A stretch of 64,000 nucleotides of DNA from positions 27,082,123 to 27,146,122 of the forward strand of contig CP154954.1 of NCBI GenBank assembly GCA_039621445.1, read 5' to 3'. Positions 13,288-26,556 of the stretch are shown here, in pieces. Within the stretch, counting starts at the first letter, position 1, and each line of letters opens with the position of its first letter. The notes under the pieces were generated by a model, which searched no databases, was not told where the DNA came from, and worked only from the letters and a program-made list of their open reading frames with translations. The translations under genes were made by a program, and so were the position numbers. This stretch comes from Euglena gracilis (Eukaryota).

Positions 13288-15274
13288 GGCTCCGTGCGGA
13301 AAATCGCGGATGACCAAATTGCGGGTCAGGCCGACCACTGCGTATAGCTTACCGACCAGTGTGGGTCGGGCCGACCAGGTCGGGCCGACCCGCAATATTC
13401 CGCACTACCCCCCCCCCGGCGGGATCCTGAGAGAATAAGTCCAGTTCACACCGTGATGGAATGATCGCAGAAATGACTGTATCCAAAAGCAACAGGCACC
13501 CCTGAGCTACGGACATGGCAGAACCGACAAAGGGCAGGAGGGCATTGGAAAAACACGGATTTGGATTTTGTTTCTGTTCAACCCAACCGCCCCCCCCCCC
13601 CCGCACCCCCGCCCGCCCCCCCTCCCGCCCGCAAACGGCGATGTTGGTCTGTTCAAAATCCTTCGCTGCGGACCGTTTTGTTGAGAACCGCCCCCTAATT
13701 ACTACAGATAAAAAAAGGAACCTCTCCCGCTTCACCAACCCGTCTCCCCTTCTACAGATCTTTCCTCAACGACAAGATTCTCAACCGATTCCTTCTCACG
13801 TCACTGCTAATAAAAAAAGAAAGCCGACTAAAATCTGGCCAAGGATTAACGTTCATGTGCTACTTTCCTCGTGGGGGTTGATGTACGCACACACTCTCCT
13901 TCCCTAGGCAGACCGCAATAACAAAATCCCTTCGCTGCCGGACCGTTTTGTGAGCATGCGCAATCAGACACCCATTGTCGGAGGGCGCCTTCGGCGCCCT
14001 TGGTCGTCCAGCGGGGGGGGGGGGGGTTAGGGTTAGGGTTAGTTAGGGTTTCGGGTTAGGGTTGGGGTTAGGGTTCGGGTTTCGTTTGAGGTTTGGGTTA
14101 GGGTTTCGGGTTAGGGTTCGGGTTACGTTTAAGGTTAGGGTTAAGCTCACCAAACGGTCCGGCAGCGAAGGGATTTTGTTATTGGGGGCGGGGGGGGGGC
14201 GGGGGGGGGGGGCGGGGGGCAAACCTAATCCTAATCCGAACCCTACCTCAAACCCTAACCCTGACCCTGACCCTAACCCTACTCCTTCATTAACTGGCTG
14301 AGAAAAATTTCAATTTTGAGGACTACAGCCGGCTGTTCAGAAACGTGATAAATTGGCCCCTACAAGGTACCAGCTACCCCAAAGAGCCGCCCAACTAGGG
14401 TTAAAAACGTGGGGGGACCCGAGCGAGGCGCCGAAGGCGCCAAGCGAGGGTCCCCCCCCATGTGTATTAACCAATCAAACACCCATTGTCGGAGGGCGCC
14501 TTTGGCGCCCTTGGTCGTCTAATGGGGGGGGGGGCTGTCGCCCCCCCCCCCCCCCCCCCCCCCCGCCCCCAATAACAAAATCCCTTCGCTGCCGGACCGT
14601 TTGGTGAGCCTTTACTAACCTCAAACGTAACCCGAACCCTAACCCGAAACCCTAACCCAAACCTCAAACGAAACCCGAACCCTAACCCCAACCCTAACCC
14701 GAAACCCTAACCCTAACCCTATACCTAACCCTAATCCGAACCCTAACCCAAACCCTAACCCCAACCCTAACCCTGACCCTGACCCTAACCCTACTCCTTC
14801 ATTAACTGGCTGAGAAAAATTTCAATTTTGAGGACTACAGCCGGCTGTTCAGAAACGTGATAAATTGGCCCCTACAAGGTACCAGCAACCTCAAAGAGCC
14901 GCCCAACTAGGGTTAAAAACGTGGGGGGACCTGAGCGAGGCGCCGAAGGCGCCGAGCGAGGGTCCCCCCCATGTGTATTAACCAATCAGACACCCATTGT
15001 CAGAGGGCGCCTTCGGCGCCCTTGGTCGTCTAACAGGGGGGGGGGGTGCCGCCCCCCCCCGCCCCCAATAACAAAATCCATTCGCTGCCGGACACGTTTG
15101 GTGAGCATGCGCAATCAGACGCCCAGACGACGGAGGCGCCTTTGGCGCCCTTGGTCGTCTAGCGGGGGGGGGGGGGGCGGAAGGGGGGGGGGGGTTGTGC
15201 GGATAATTGCGTTTCCAACCGACCAGGTCGGGCCGACCCGCAATTTGGTCATCCGCGATTTTCCGACCGGGGCC
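13288..15274. mobile_element. Mutator-like non-autonomous TIR element carrying telomere-like arrays
   Basis: TIR GGCTCCGTGCGGAAAATCGCGGATGACCAAATTGCGGG / CCCGCAATTTGGTCATCCGCGATTTTCCGACCGGGGCC; 9-bp TSD GCAAACTCC / GCGAACTCC. Confidence 0.85.
14024..14792. repeat. Variant TTAGGG/CCCTAA arrays in both orientations
   Basis: TTAGGG-like at 14024-14144; CCCTAA-like at 14221-14281 and 14615-14792. About 14220-14600 is directly duplicated at about 14720-15100. Confidence 0.9.
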
Positions 15275-16504
15275 GCGAACTCCAGTTGTCTGCGGAGTAA
15301 TTTGCCTGTGCAAATGCCTGAACAAAACTGGAAAAGGCAAAATATGCAAAAAATAAAAAAATGCGACTTTTTCATAAAATTTTCACTTGCAAAAAATGCC
15401 AATATGCAAGTTGCATATTTCCCCATCCCCTGACATGTGGTGATGAGCGCTGGGACGCCAGTTTGGGCTGACACCCAAACCAACATCTGCGACACAATTC
15501 TCGATACAGAAAAAATGAGCATCTGACAAGCCCCCCCAAAACACCCAAAACAACCCCGGAAACACCATTTTTGGCCACTTTTGAACAATTTCTCCATTTT
15601 TTTTGACACTTGCCAAAAATTTTTGGGCTGGACCCAGCAAAAAGGGGCTGGCTCGAAGGGCTGGCAGCATCCCCCCCCCCCCCCGAGGGGGTGCTGCTGC
15701 GGCTGGGCTGGGCCAAAATCAGGGCTGGCTGCAACCACGGGGGGGGGGGACCTTAAAAAAATGTATGCTCAAAGCAAGACCAGCTAAATTTGACAAGCCG
15801 GCAAAAAAGGCTCAGGAAATCTCCAAAAAATGTTTGTTTTGAAAGATTTTGGAGTTTGCATGAGAAAAAGCTGTCCAACAATGCACCAGTTTTTTTGTGC
15901 GGTAAAAATGGGTCAGCTGGGGTCCTCGAGCCCCCCCCCCCGCCCTAATTGTCCCAGTTGGCTTGAACCTCAAATTACAGTAGCGCATCGAGAGCTCCCC
16001 CCCCCTGCGGCCGCGTTTTTCGTCCAAAATCAGGCGGGGGGATTTTCAGGCAACAAGCCAACCGCACTTTTCCATCAAAATTGGTCAAAAAAATTGTAAA
16101 TTCTTTCAATTGTGGGATGCTGGCAAAAATGCACCTTTCGAGCTCAATGATTGAGGGAAAAAAATGTCCCAAAATTTGTTCAGATCATCTGCAATAATTG
16201 CCTGACGGTTGTGGAAAAAACCCCCAAAAGCACTCCCAGGTCCTCTTTTGAGGGGGGGGGATTTTCGGGGGTTTCGTCACCATTTCAAAAAACCACCAAA
16301 ATCACCAGAAATTTGGGGGGTCTGTAGGAATTTCAGAATGGCAGGCAAATAGCACGGACCAAATTAAGGGTCACCAAACCTAATTATTTTGCCAAATTCC
16401 AAATCTGGCACCACCACCAAGTTTTAACAAGAATTATGCGTTTCCCACGAAACAAGAAAATGCATTCTCAAATCTCCAAACCTGGCCCCGGTCGGCTGTC
16501 GGTC

Positions 16505-17390
16505 TGGGCCTGGGGGGGGGGGGTTCTGGGGGGTACGTACCTGGGGTACAACCCCCCCCCAGCACCTGTTGCACCTGTCCAGGTCCTGGGGGGGGGGGTA
16601 CACGCAGGTCCTGGGGGGGGGTACGTACCCCCCCACACCGGCGCCGACAAGGCCCATGTCTAAATAGGTACGTACCCCCCCAGTACCTGTTGTACCTGTC
16701 AGGTCCTGGGGGGCACACGCAGGTCCTGGGGGGCACACGGAGGTTCTGGGGGGGAGGTATGTACCCCCCACACCGGCGCCGACAAGGCCCATATCTAAAT
16801 AGGTTCGTACCCCCCAGTACCTGTTGTACCTATACAGGTACACGCAGGTCCTGGGGGGGGGATACACAATTGTTGGAGACCCCAAAATAACAAAATCCCT
16901 TGTGTTTCCGAGTCATTTTGGTGGGCAAATCCCTTCTGTTGCCAAGTCATTTTGGGGGGCAAATCCCCTTTGTTGCTCAATTGTTGGAGGGCCCCAAAAC
17001 AACAAAATCCCTTGTGTTTCCAAGTCATTTTGCTGTTTCCAAGTCGTTTTGGTGGGCAAATCCCTTTTGTTGCTCAACTATTGGAGGGCCCCAAAATAAC
17101 AAAATCCCTTGTGTTACCAAGTCCTTTTGTTGTGTACCTGCGTGTACCTGTACAGGTACACGCAGGTCCTGGGGGGTACGTACCAGGCACGTACCCCCAG
17201 TACCTATCGTGTACCTGCTTGTACCTGTAAAGGTACACACAGGTCCTGGGGGGGGTACGTACCTCTTTAGACATAGGCCTTGTAGGCGCCGGTGTGGGGG
17301 GGTCGTACCTGGTACGTACCCCCCCCAGTACCTGCTTGTACCAGGTACGCACCTTGTACCAGGTACGTACCTCCCCCAGAACCCCCCCCC
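16505..17390. repeat. Complex GTACGTACC/TGTACCTG minisatellite with a central CAAATCCC/CCAAGTCATTTT block
   Basis: Repeated GGTACGTACCCCCC, CACGCAGGTCCTGGGGG and ACAAAATCCCTTGTGTT units. Confidence 0.75.
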
Positions 17391-17964
17391 CATGGCCAGG
17401 CTGCTACCCGCCCTGGTCGGGTTGTTGTTGGGGGGGGTCCCAAAACGACGAAAATCCAATGAAATCTTGCTGAAACCAAAAAAAAAAAGGGCCGCCGGGC
17501 CGGGCTGCCGGCCGCTGGCCGGGCCGCCTGGCCGCCGGGCTGCCGGCCGCCGGGCCGGGCCGGGCCGGGCCGCGCCGCTGGGCCGCTGGCAGGCCGGGCC
17601 GGGCCGGGGTGGTCTCCCAAAGAGCTCAGCTCTACGTCACACCCTGGTTAGGGGGGGTGGTTAGGGGGTAGGGGGGTTAGGGGGGGGTCGCTGAGCTCTT
17701 ATCCCTTTAGGGTAAGAGCAAAGCTTACCACCGGCGAAACCCCCCCCTCGACCCCCCCCCCCGCCGTCGAACCTTGTTCAAGCGTGCGGGCCCTGCGAAA
17801 TAGGCTTTAGAACAATTGACTACACTAACAGTTATTATACAGAAAAACGTTTCATTGTAACGGCGCCCCTGCTAAATCCGTTAATGTCGAAATGAGTGAT
17901 GTGATGAAATTGGTCAGGTGAAAAGTGAAATTTGGATTCTTTATTTTTTCATAGATTGTTCTTG

Positions 17965-18365
17965 ATGGCCAAGCGGCAAAACCTCGTGTGGGAGGCCAGT
18001 CTGAAAGCCCCTCCATCCCTGGTGTTTTTCGTGGCTGAGAGACAAAAAGCTGCTGCTGTGGTGAAAAAAAGATCCCGAGGACCCTGTTAACGGCCCACTT
18101 TTCACGTCTCCGCCCCCCCCCCCCCAAAATGCATGGTTCTCAGAACGTGCAGCGAGCTAGTTTGGCTCGTTTTTTGTCCTTCGTTGATCTTTGCAATCAA
18201 CTGGGTGTGAAATACTTATCAATTGGTGAGTTTTTGCGTGCGTGGGGACGTCGCTGCATTCAGGCAGTTTTTTTGTTTGATGAGCAGGAAGCCATTAAGG
18301 CTGTGTTTATAGCAACATGGCTTTGGTCAAAATCTGTGTTTCTACAGTCCCTGGGCGTAAATTAG
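17965..18365 (+). pseudogene. Divergent member of the orphan 'MAKR' ORF family
   Basis: MAKRQ... start after a pyrimidine tract and AG. GSQNVQRASLARFLSFVDLCNQLGVKYLSIGEFLRAW...LFDE aligns with GSVGAELAAVANCLEFAKLCQHRQASYPELDAFFVAW...LFDE of 31122-31718. Confidence 0.65.
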
Positions 18366-18372
18366 TGCCGAA

Positions 18373-19364
18373 CGGTAGACTGGGGGGGGGTAGTGGGTAG
18401 TCGGCCGACTAGTCGGCCGACCAATTGGTCGGTAGCTAGTTGGCGAGACGGGAGGGGGGGGGGCAGTGACCCAAATGGCTCCAGAACCCCCCAATCGGCA
18501 ATCGGGGGTGAATATGCAAAAAAAATGGGGGGAAAATGTCCATTTTGGGCACTTTTGGCAAAAGAACACCTCTCCCCATTGGATTTTCAATATAAGTCAA
18601 AATTTGCACAAAAAGGACTTATCCCTCCAAGTATATTGCCAACATAGAAGGGATTTTGTTATTTGAGGGGGGGGTGCGGGGGGGGGGCGGAGCCCCCCCC
18701 CCCGCCTATGCCAAAGTCAGCCACAAAAACGACTTAGCCCCCGAGTATGTTGCCAACATAGAAGGGATTTTGTTATTTGAGGGGGGGGTGCGGGGGGGGG
18801 GGGGGGGGAACCCCCCCCCGCCTATGCCAAAGTGAGCCACAAAAAAGGCTTAGCCCCCGAGTATGTTGCCAGCACAGAAGGGATTTTGTTATTTAAGGCT
18901 CGGATGGGGGTGGAGGGGGGAGTTTTCTGCCTCTCGTGATGCAGAATGCTGCATTTCTAAAAGATTTTCATGTAGTCAATGTTTCATCATTGGTTTTTTT
19001 ACCCTCCGGACCCCCATCAAGGGCCCACCGACCCCCACCGACCAAAAATTTCCATCTGGGGGTGTTTATTTAGGCGTAAGACACTTATTTGGACCCATCC
19101 GGACCATTTCCGGGTGATTTGGGCCCGCCACAGGCCATTTTTATGACCACCGACTAGCCACCGACTAGTTTGCATAGGATTATCTGCATGGGGGGGGCTT
19201 AAAAGTCGGCGGTTTGGACCCGTTAGTACATTAAAGTGGGTTGTCGGCCGACTAGTCGGCCGACTACCCACTACCCCCCCCCTCCCGTCTCGCCGACTAG
19301 CTACCAACCAGGCCTAGTCGGGGGTAGTCGGCCGACTACCCACTACCCCCCCCCCAGTCTACCG
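18373..19364. mobile_element. TIR element (MITE-like)
   Basis: CGGTAGACTG-run-TAGTGGGTAGTCGGCCGACTA is inverted at both ends; no TSD seen. Confidence 0.7.
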
Positions 19365-19642
19365 CCATGCGCCGCGTAAATTCCCCCCAGGGAGGGTATT
19401 TTGGGTTCCGAGCGGGAAATTGGCCATGGAACTTTGGTGGTCGCTAGCGACCGAATTCTGGCGACCGGTCGCTAGCGACCGTTGGTGGTCGGCCCGACCG
19501 GTCACTAGCGACCACCAAAAATTCGACCACCCCCCAGAAAATTTGAAAGCCCCCCCCCGTGAAGGAAAATTTTCCCCCAGAGAAAGCCATGAAATTTATC
19601 AAAAGTTCCTTATTCTGCTTTTAGGACCTTGCACGATGTCAC

Positions 19643-20086
19643 CAGGGCTTTATAGAGGTAGAGGGATAGAGGAAGAGGCAGAGGTAGAGGTAGAGGTAGA
19701 GGTCACCTCTACCTCTACTATCCCTCTATGTCACCTCAATGTCAAACTTTTAAGGAAAGTGGCTTATGAAAGAAAATTCGAACGAAGGCAATTTTATGGA
19801 AAAAATCAGAAATTGGCCCTTCTTGTGACAAATCTCTTATGGCAATTTTTGAAACCACCCATCTGGGTATTTTTTCTCATTCCTAACCTAAATAAGATGC
19901 GTTAAGATGCTAATTTGCCAAATTTGAGGCATTTGGAGCCTTTTGTGGCCCATTATTGGTGCCAGTTTATGACATTTTATGGACATAGAGGTAACATAGA
20001 GGTAGAGGTAGAGGTAGAGGTGGGTCAGATAGAGGTAGAGGACTACCTCTTTCTTTGACCTCTACCTCTACCTCTATCCAGCCCTG
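19643..20086. mobile_element. CAGGGCT-terminated MITE with GTAGAG subterminal repeats (hAT- or P-like)
   Basis: CAGGGCTTTATAGAGGTAGAGG / CCTCTACCTCTATCCAGCCCTG; ATGTCAC duplicated on both sides. Confidence 0.8.
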
Positions 20087-20109
20087 ATGTCACACAATGT
20101 TTACGTTAC

Positions 20110-20995
20110 TTTGTTATTGGAGGGGGGGGGGGGGGGTGCGGGGGGGGGGGGGCAGACCCCCCCCCCCGCTCGACGACCAAGGGCACCGAAGGCGCCTTAG
20201 GACTGTTTGTTTCCGATGCGCATGGCATTACATGGCACCTGGCCCTGGGTCGGTTACCCCCCGGAGGGGATTTTGTTATTGGAGGGCGGGGGGGGGGGAC
20301 AGGTGGGGGGGGGGGGGCTGTGCCCCCCTGGGGGCCAGGAGGGGGGGGGGTGGGGGGGACACCCGCCCACCTAAACAGTGGCGCGGTCTGGGTGACCGAA
20401 AATTTTTGACCCCAAAACGACCAAAAGTGCCATTTTGGGCACTTTTTGGGTAAAAATGTGCCAAAAATGCAAAAAATTTTCGGCGCAAAGCGCCGGAGGA
20501 AAAAATTGATCCTTTTTGGGGGGGGTTCCGGATACCCCCCCAGGGTCGGTCTGGACCCCCCCGGCGGGCCAGGAGGGGGGGGGGTGGGGGGGACACCCCC
20601 CACCTAAACCATGCACGCCCTCCTTATATCAAACCCTGTCTTAGGACTGTTTGTTTACGGTGCGCGTGGCATCACATGCGCGCCTGGCCCTGGGTCGGTT
20701 ACCCCCCGGAGGGGGTTTTGTTATTGGAGGGCGGGGGGGGGGGTGCGGGGGGGGCAGCCCCCCCCCCCGCTAGACGACTAAGGGCGCCGAAGGCGCCTTA
20801 GGACTGTTTGCTTACGGTGCGCGTGGCATCACATGCGCGCCTGGCCCTGGGTCGGTTACCCCCCGGAGGGGGTTTTGTTATTGGAGGGCGGGGGGGGGGG
20901 CAGCCCCCCTTCCCGCTAGACGACCAAGGGCACCGAAGGCGCCTTAGGACTGTTTGTTTACGGTGCGCGTGGCATCACATGCGCGCCTGGCCCTG
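20110..20995. repeat. Tandem repeat of about 120-140 bp interrupted by a hAT-like MITE piece
   Basis: Repeats of TTTTGTTATTGGAGGG...CCGAAGGCGCCTTAGGACTGTTTG...CCTGGCCCTGG. Confidence 0.8.
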
Positions 20996-22341
20996 GTAGC
21001 ATCGTTTTGCATTACAACGGGGGGTTTTGCATTACATCCCAATGGGGCGGGGGGGCTTAAAATTTTTCTGGGGGGGTCGAAATTTCGGTGGTCGCTGGCG
21101 ACCGGTCGGTCCGACCACCAATGGTCGGTCGACCATGACCAACGGTCACTGGCGACCACCAAAAGTTCCACGGCCAATTTTCCGCAATGAGCCGGTTTTT
21201 TGGGCTCTTGACCAGAGGGGGGGGATTTTCAGCCGTTTCGGGCACTTTGCCCCGTCCCTTCTATTCTTTGAAGCCATGAAGCCAACCGGCATTCGGAATT
21301 CATTTGCCGTATGTTATTTGGGTTGTTATGGTTTATTCCCGAACACGTGTGTTCAGGGTGGTGGGTCTTATTGATCGATATATGCCAAGGATGGTTCAAT
21401 GGACAAAAAAAAACAAAAGATGGCAAAGACCATGCAAGTGGTGAAGCTGTGCTGCCCTTGTATGTATAAAACAAATACAACCCACCTGCCTTTGCCATTC
21501 CTCCGGGGCTGAAGGGGGGGGGATTTTTCGACCGTTTCGGAGCCTTTTGCAAATCCAGGAAAATTCTGAAATTTCAGGGGGAGATTTTCGTGGGGGGGGG
21601 GGGGCAATTTACGCCCAGGGACTGTAAACACAGACTTTGGCGTGCCGAAGTCTGTGTCTAGAAACACAGACTCCGACATAGAAAACTGTGTTCACAATAT
21701 CTGGACCCCGAAACATCCCAATGATGCAGAAATAAACCAAAGAGATTCAAAACCCACTTGGTAAATGCCACAAACCAGTCATCCAGTGAGGTGATAACTA
21801 CAGATTTGGTTGCCAGGACATCCCAAATGGAGTTTGGAGTTTGACATATTTTTTTTCTGTCCCAAATGGCCCAAAGGGTGGTTCCCCCAAAAGATCACCA
21901 TACAAGGCAACATCTGGTGGTTCCTCTTGCTGCTCATCAATTTTTTGGAGCCCACCAAAGAACTCTTCGACCGTAGGTGCAGCGCCCAGAGCATTCTCAA
22001 CAACGTTGCAAAGTGCAGCAGGCAACATGGGGTATGCAAAAGAAAGGAGACGATGCAAACCTTGTGTCATCTTTCACCTGTGTTCCCCATTATTTTGGAA
22101 GGATTCTAGTTTGGAAGACCACAGACGGCAGCCAAAATCTGCCCGGCGGCCACATACCATGCTCCCTCCCATATAAGACCCCCCCTCGGGAGCCAAAATC
22201 CCAGGGGGGGGTCTTATATGGGGGGGGGGGTCGGTCCCGGCCAAAGGGCCGGCCTATATGGGGGGGGGGTCTTAAATGGGGGGGGCATGGTATTCTTATT
22301 CCGGAATTTCCAACAGTCCCAGATCTGTACAGTGGATCCTA

Positions 22342-22603
22342 CCCGCCCCCCCCCCCTTGTCGTATGACCGGGTTCCTGCAACCTGTGACCGGGGGGGATG
22401 GTCGTAACACCCCCATAACCTGCAACCTGTGACCGGGGGGTGGTCGTAAATGAGGGGGCGGTCATAGGTAAGGTGGTGTTAAATTTTTCGCAACCTGCAA
22501 CCTGTGACCGGGGGGGGGGGGGTCATAACACCCCCATGATCTGCAACCTGTGACCGGGGGGTGGTCGTAAATGAGGGGTGGTCGTACGACTGGGGGGGGG
22601 GGG
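22342..22603. mobile_element. Tc1/mariner-type MITE (TA TSD), same family as 13002
   Basis: Near-identical interior to 13002-13239; TA on both sides. Confidence 0.85.
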
Positions 22604-22845
22604 TAATTCAGCTTCACTTCGTCCAAAAATCTGTCATCAGTCTGCCGTCCGTCGTCGAGGTTGAGAAACACAGGCTTTGACCAGCCATGTTGCTTTATAA
22701 ACACAGCCTTAAACAACTGCGTCTTAAACGCAGACTCTGACCAGAGTCTGCGTTTCGAAACGCAGACTCAGGTCAGAGTCTGCGTTTAAGACGCAGTTCT
22801 TGATACAGAGGCTTGCAACAAACAACGTGAGGAACAGAATGTGTC

Positions 22846-25108
22846 GGCTCCGTGCGGATGATTGGCTATGACGATCCCGGAGGTCGTACCGACCATGGTC
22901 GGGCCGACCATTGGCCATGGCCTATCGACCATTGGAGGTCGGGCCGACCTGGTCGGCCCGACCTCCAATCATCCGCATTACCCACCCCCTTTTTTAAAAT
23001 TAAACCCCCCCACACCCCCGGAAACTTAAATCAGTATTCAGTAAAATTTAACTCAAAATGCATGTAAAATCATTGGAATGAGGTTGAAACTGGCAAAAAA
23101 ACGTCCCATGTTAAAGAAAGAGACCCTAATGAACTTAGTCGGCCTACGGCCTCCTCCGGGGGGGGGGGGGCCGCCCCCCCCCCCCCCCCCCCCCCCCCCC
23201 GCCCAAAATAACAATATCCCCTTGTTTCTGCAAGGCAACGGTGGCCAAAACGCGCATCCTAACAAAATCCTTTTGTGTGTGCAAGGCAAGGATGGCCAAA
23301 ACGCGCCCCCCAACAAACTCCCTTTGTGCTAACTTAGTCGGCCTACGGCCTCCTCCGGGGGGGGGTGGGGGCCCGCCCCCCCCCGCCCCCCGACCCCCCC
23401 CCGCCCAAAATAACAATATCCCCTTGTGTGTGCAAGGCAAGGATGGCCAAAACGCGCATCCTAACAAAATCCTTTTGTGTGTGCAAGGCAAGGATGGCCA
23501 AAACGCGCCCCCCAACAAACTCCCTTTGTGCTAACTTAGTCGGCCTCCTCCGGGGGGGGGGGGGGGTGCCTCCCCCCATCCCTAACCCTAACCCTAATCT
23601 CCAGCCCTAACCGTATCCCTAACCCTAGCCCTAACCCTAACCGTATCCCTAACCCTAACTCTAACCCTGACCCTAACCCTAACCGTATCCCTAACCCTAA
23701 CCCTAATCCCCAGCCCTAACCGTATCCCTAACCCTAACTCTAACCCTAGCCCTAACCCTAACTCTAACCCTAACCCGAACCCTATCCGTATCCCTAACCC
23801 TAACCCTAACTGCATCCCTAACCCTAACCGTATCCCCAAACCAAACTCAAACCGTATCCCTGGCCCGAACCCTAACCCTAACCGTATCCCTAACCCTAAC
23901 AATAACCGTAACACTAACCGTATCCCTAACCCTAACCCTAACCCTAACCCTAACCCTAACCCTAACCGTATCTCCACCTCTAACCCTAACCGAAACCCTA
24001 ACCGTATCCCTAACCCTAACTCTAACCCTGACCCTAACCCTAACCGTATCCCTAACCCTAACCCTAATCCCCAGCCCTAACCGTATCCCTAACCCTAACT
24101 CTAACCCTAGCCCTAACCCTAACTCTAACCCTAACCCGAACCCTATCCGTATCCCTAACCCTAACCCTAACTGCATCCCTAACCCTAACCGTATCCCCAA
24201 ACCAAACTCAAACCGTATCCCTGGCCCGAACCCTAACCCTAACCGTATCCCTAACCCTAACAATAACCGTAACACTAACCGTATCCCTAACCCTAACCCT
24301 AACCCTAACCCTAACCCTAACCCTAACCGTATCTCCACCTCTAACCCTAACCGAAACCCTAACCGTATCCCTAACCCTAACTCTAACCCTAGCCCTAACC
24401 CTAACCGTATCCCTAACCCTAGCCCTAACCCTAACCCGAACCCTATCCGTATCCCTAACCCTAACCCTAACTGCATCCCTAACCCTGACCGTATCCCCAA
24501 CCCAAACTCAAACTATATCCCTGGCCCGAACTCTAACCCTAACCGTATCCCTGACCCTAACAATAACCGTAACACTAACCGTATCCCTAACCCTAACCCT
24601 AATCCCCAGCCCTAACCGTATCCCTAACCCTAACTCTAACCCTATCCCTAACCCTAACCGTATCCCTAACCCTAACTCTAACCCTAACCGAAACCCTAAC
24701 CCTAACTCTAACCCTAACCCTAACTCTAACCGTATCCCTAACAACCCTAATCCCCAGGCCTAACCCTATCCGTTTCCCTAACCCTAACCCTAACTGTATC
24801 CCTAACCCTAACCACAACTGTATCCCTAACCCTAACTCTAATCGAATTTTTTCAAAAATGGGACGTTTTTTGCCAGTTTGGAGGTCATTCCAATGTGTTT
24901 TTATGCATTTTCAGCCAAATTAAGAGAATCAAATTTTGAGGGGGGGGGGCTTAAATTTCAAAAGGGGGGGGGGGTAATGCGGTTGATTGGAGGTCGGGCC
25001 GACCTGGTCGGCCCGACCTCCAGTGGTCGATCGGGCCGACCATAGGTCGGGCCGACCATGGTCGGTACGACCTCCGGGATCGTCATAGCCAATCATCCGC
25101 CCGGGGCC
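22846..25108. mobile_element. Mutator-like non-autonomous element with long (about 260 bp) TIRs carrying a telomere-like array
   Basis: GGCTCCGTGCGGATGATTGGCTATGACGATCCCGGAGG... is inverted at the right end; perfect 9-bp TSD GAATGTGTC (22837-22845, 25109-25117). Confidence 0.9.
23580..24842. repeat. Interstitial degenerate (CCCTAA)n array with 361-bp higher-order repeat
   Basis: CCCTAA interspersed with CCGTAT, CTCTAA and CCCTAG; diagnostic variants recur 361 bp apart (e.g. 23775 and 24136). Confidence 0.95.
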
Positions 25109-26225
25109 GAATGTGTCAGTGCGAGAGACGTCCGCCGATTCTTGGCGAAATTATGTAAACAACAAAAGGGCCCCGGATGTTGCCCTTGTGGCCTCAATAG
25201 TCCCCACACACACTGCGCGTGCAAATGCATCTGCGCGTTCTGATTCACATAGTCGTAATCTGTTCCATCAGTTTACCAGCTGCCTGTCTCCCAACTACAA
25301 GGAAACGGGCGCCCCTCTGAAACCCGTTTTTTAGTAACGGCGCCTGTCTTGAAACCGTGTCTGGGGGCTCCGGTTTCATGCCGGGACGCCGGTTCGGGCG
25401 GGAAATTTCTGCGCCGAACCGGCGTCCCAGACGCCGGTTCTGGCGTGAAACCGGCGTCTGGGGGACCCAAAATAAAAAGTGCCAAAAAGTGTCCAAAAGG
25501 GTTTGTAGACAGGTGGCAATCATATTTGCGCAGTTTTTGGGTGGTCTTGGGCCAAAAATTGGGGGGTTTTGAGGAACAATTTCCTTTTGGCCAATTTTGG
25601 AGAATTTCTGAAATAGAATACCACGCAGCATGGCAGAAATCTAAGGCCATCTGCTGAAAGCCCTTGAGAAGAGCTTTCAATCGATGGGCAACATGGCAGC
25701 TGAAAAGTGGAATTTCAGATATGCAAATGGGGTCCGAAAAATGCGAACAATGCGATCGCTGGTTTTGAGAGCGCTTTGCAATCTGGCTGAGTTCTGTGTG
25801 TACCAAGCGAAAGGTGTTTGCGAGACCTTTCGTTTGATATGCAAAAGGCAACCTGAGCTGTGAGATTTGACAAATTAGGATGTCAAATTTTGGAATACAC
25901 GACCGCTGTGTGCATTATGGCCGAATCCTGTGGCCATCTGTCGAAAGCCCTTGAGAAGAGCTTTCGATTGATGGGTAACATGGCTTCATAAGTGTGGAAT
26001 CTGCCATTTTTGACCAGCGGCCCATTTGGGCCAAAGTCGCCCAAAACTGCCCCAAACATGGGTATTTTGGGCGAAATTGGCCGTGATTCCTCAGCCGCCG
26101 GTTCGGGCATGAAACCGGAGCCCCCTAGTCACGGTTTCAAAAACTGTGTCCCAGACGCCGGTTCGGGCGTGAAACCTGTGCCTGGGACGCCGGTTCGGGG
26201 GGCTTTTTTCCGCAGCCCTCCCACT

Positions 26226-26556
26226 ATGGCTAAACGCACGGCAAACTTTGTGAATGGTCTTTTGCCACCTCCCCCTAGGACGGAACTGTTCCTGGCTGCT
26301 CTTGCGGTATACCAGCAAGATGCCAAGAAACCGAAGGTTGACCCCCTTCATGGCACCCGCTGGCACAGGGCACACAGGTGCTCCGGCTCCGTGGCCGGTG
26401 CCAGCTTGCTGGTGTTTGGAGTTCGCCAAACTGTGTCGCCTCTCCCCATGCCTTGTCCTGATGGGAGCTGTTCTGCCTGACATGGTGTGCTCATTGAACG
26501 CGACGTCGTCACGCGTTGGCTCACGTATCAACGTTCGATTTCAAAAACGATCGTAG
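26226..26556 (+). pseudogene. 'MAKR' ORF family copy (decayed after about 45 codons)
   Basis: MAKRTANFVNGLLPPPPRTELFLAALAVYQQDAKKPKVDPLHGT is identical to the 31718 copy; CLEFAKLC appears in a shifted frame. Confidence 0.75.

Noticed and set aside
21798-22070. Protein-like minus-strand ORF
   Set aside because: No recognisable motif, second copy or linkable exons.
23594-24817. Long GLGLGL/RVRVRV ORFs
   Set aside because: They are translations of the telomere-like hexamer array.
23580-24842. True telomere or chromosome fusion point
   Set aside because: The array is internal, single-orientation, highly variant and enclosed by TIRs with a TSD.
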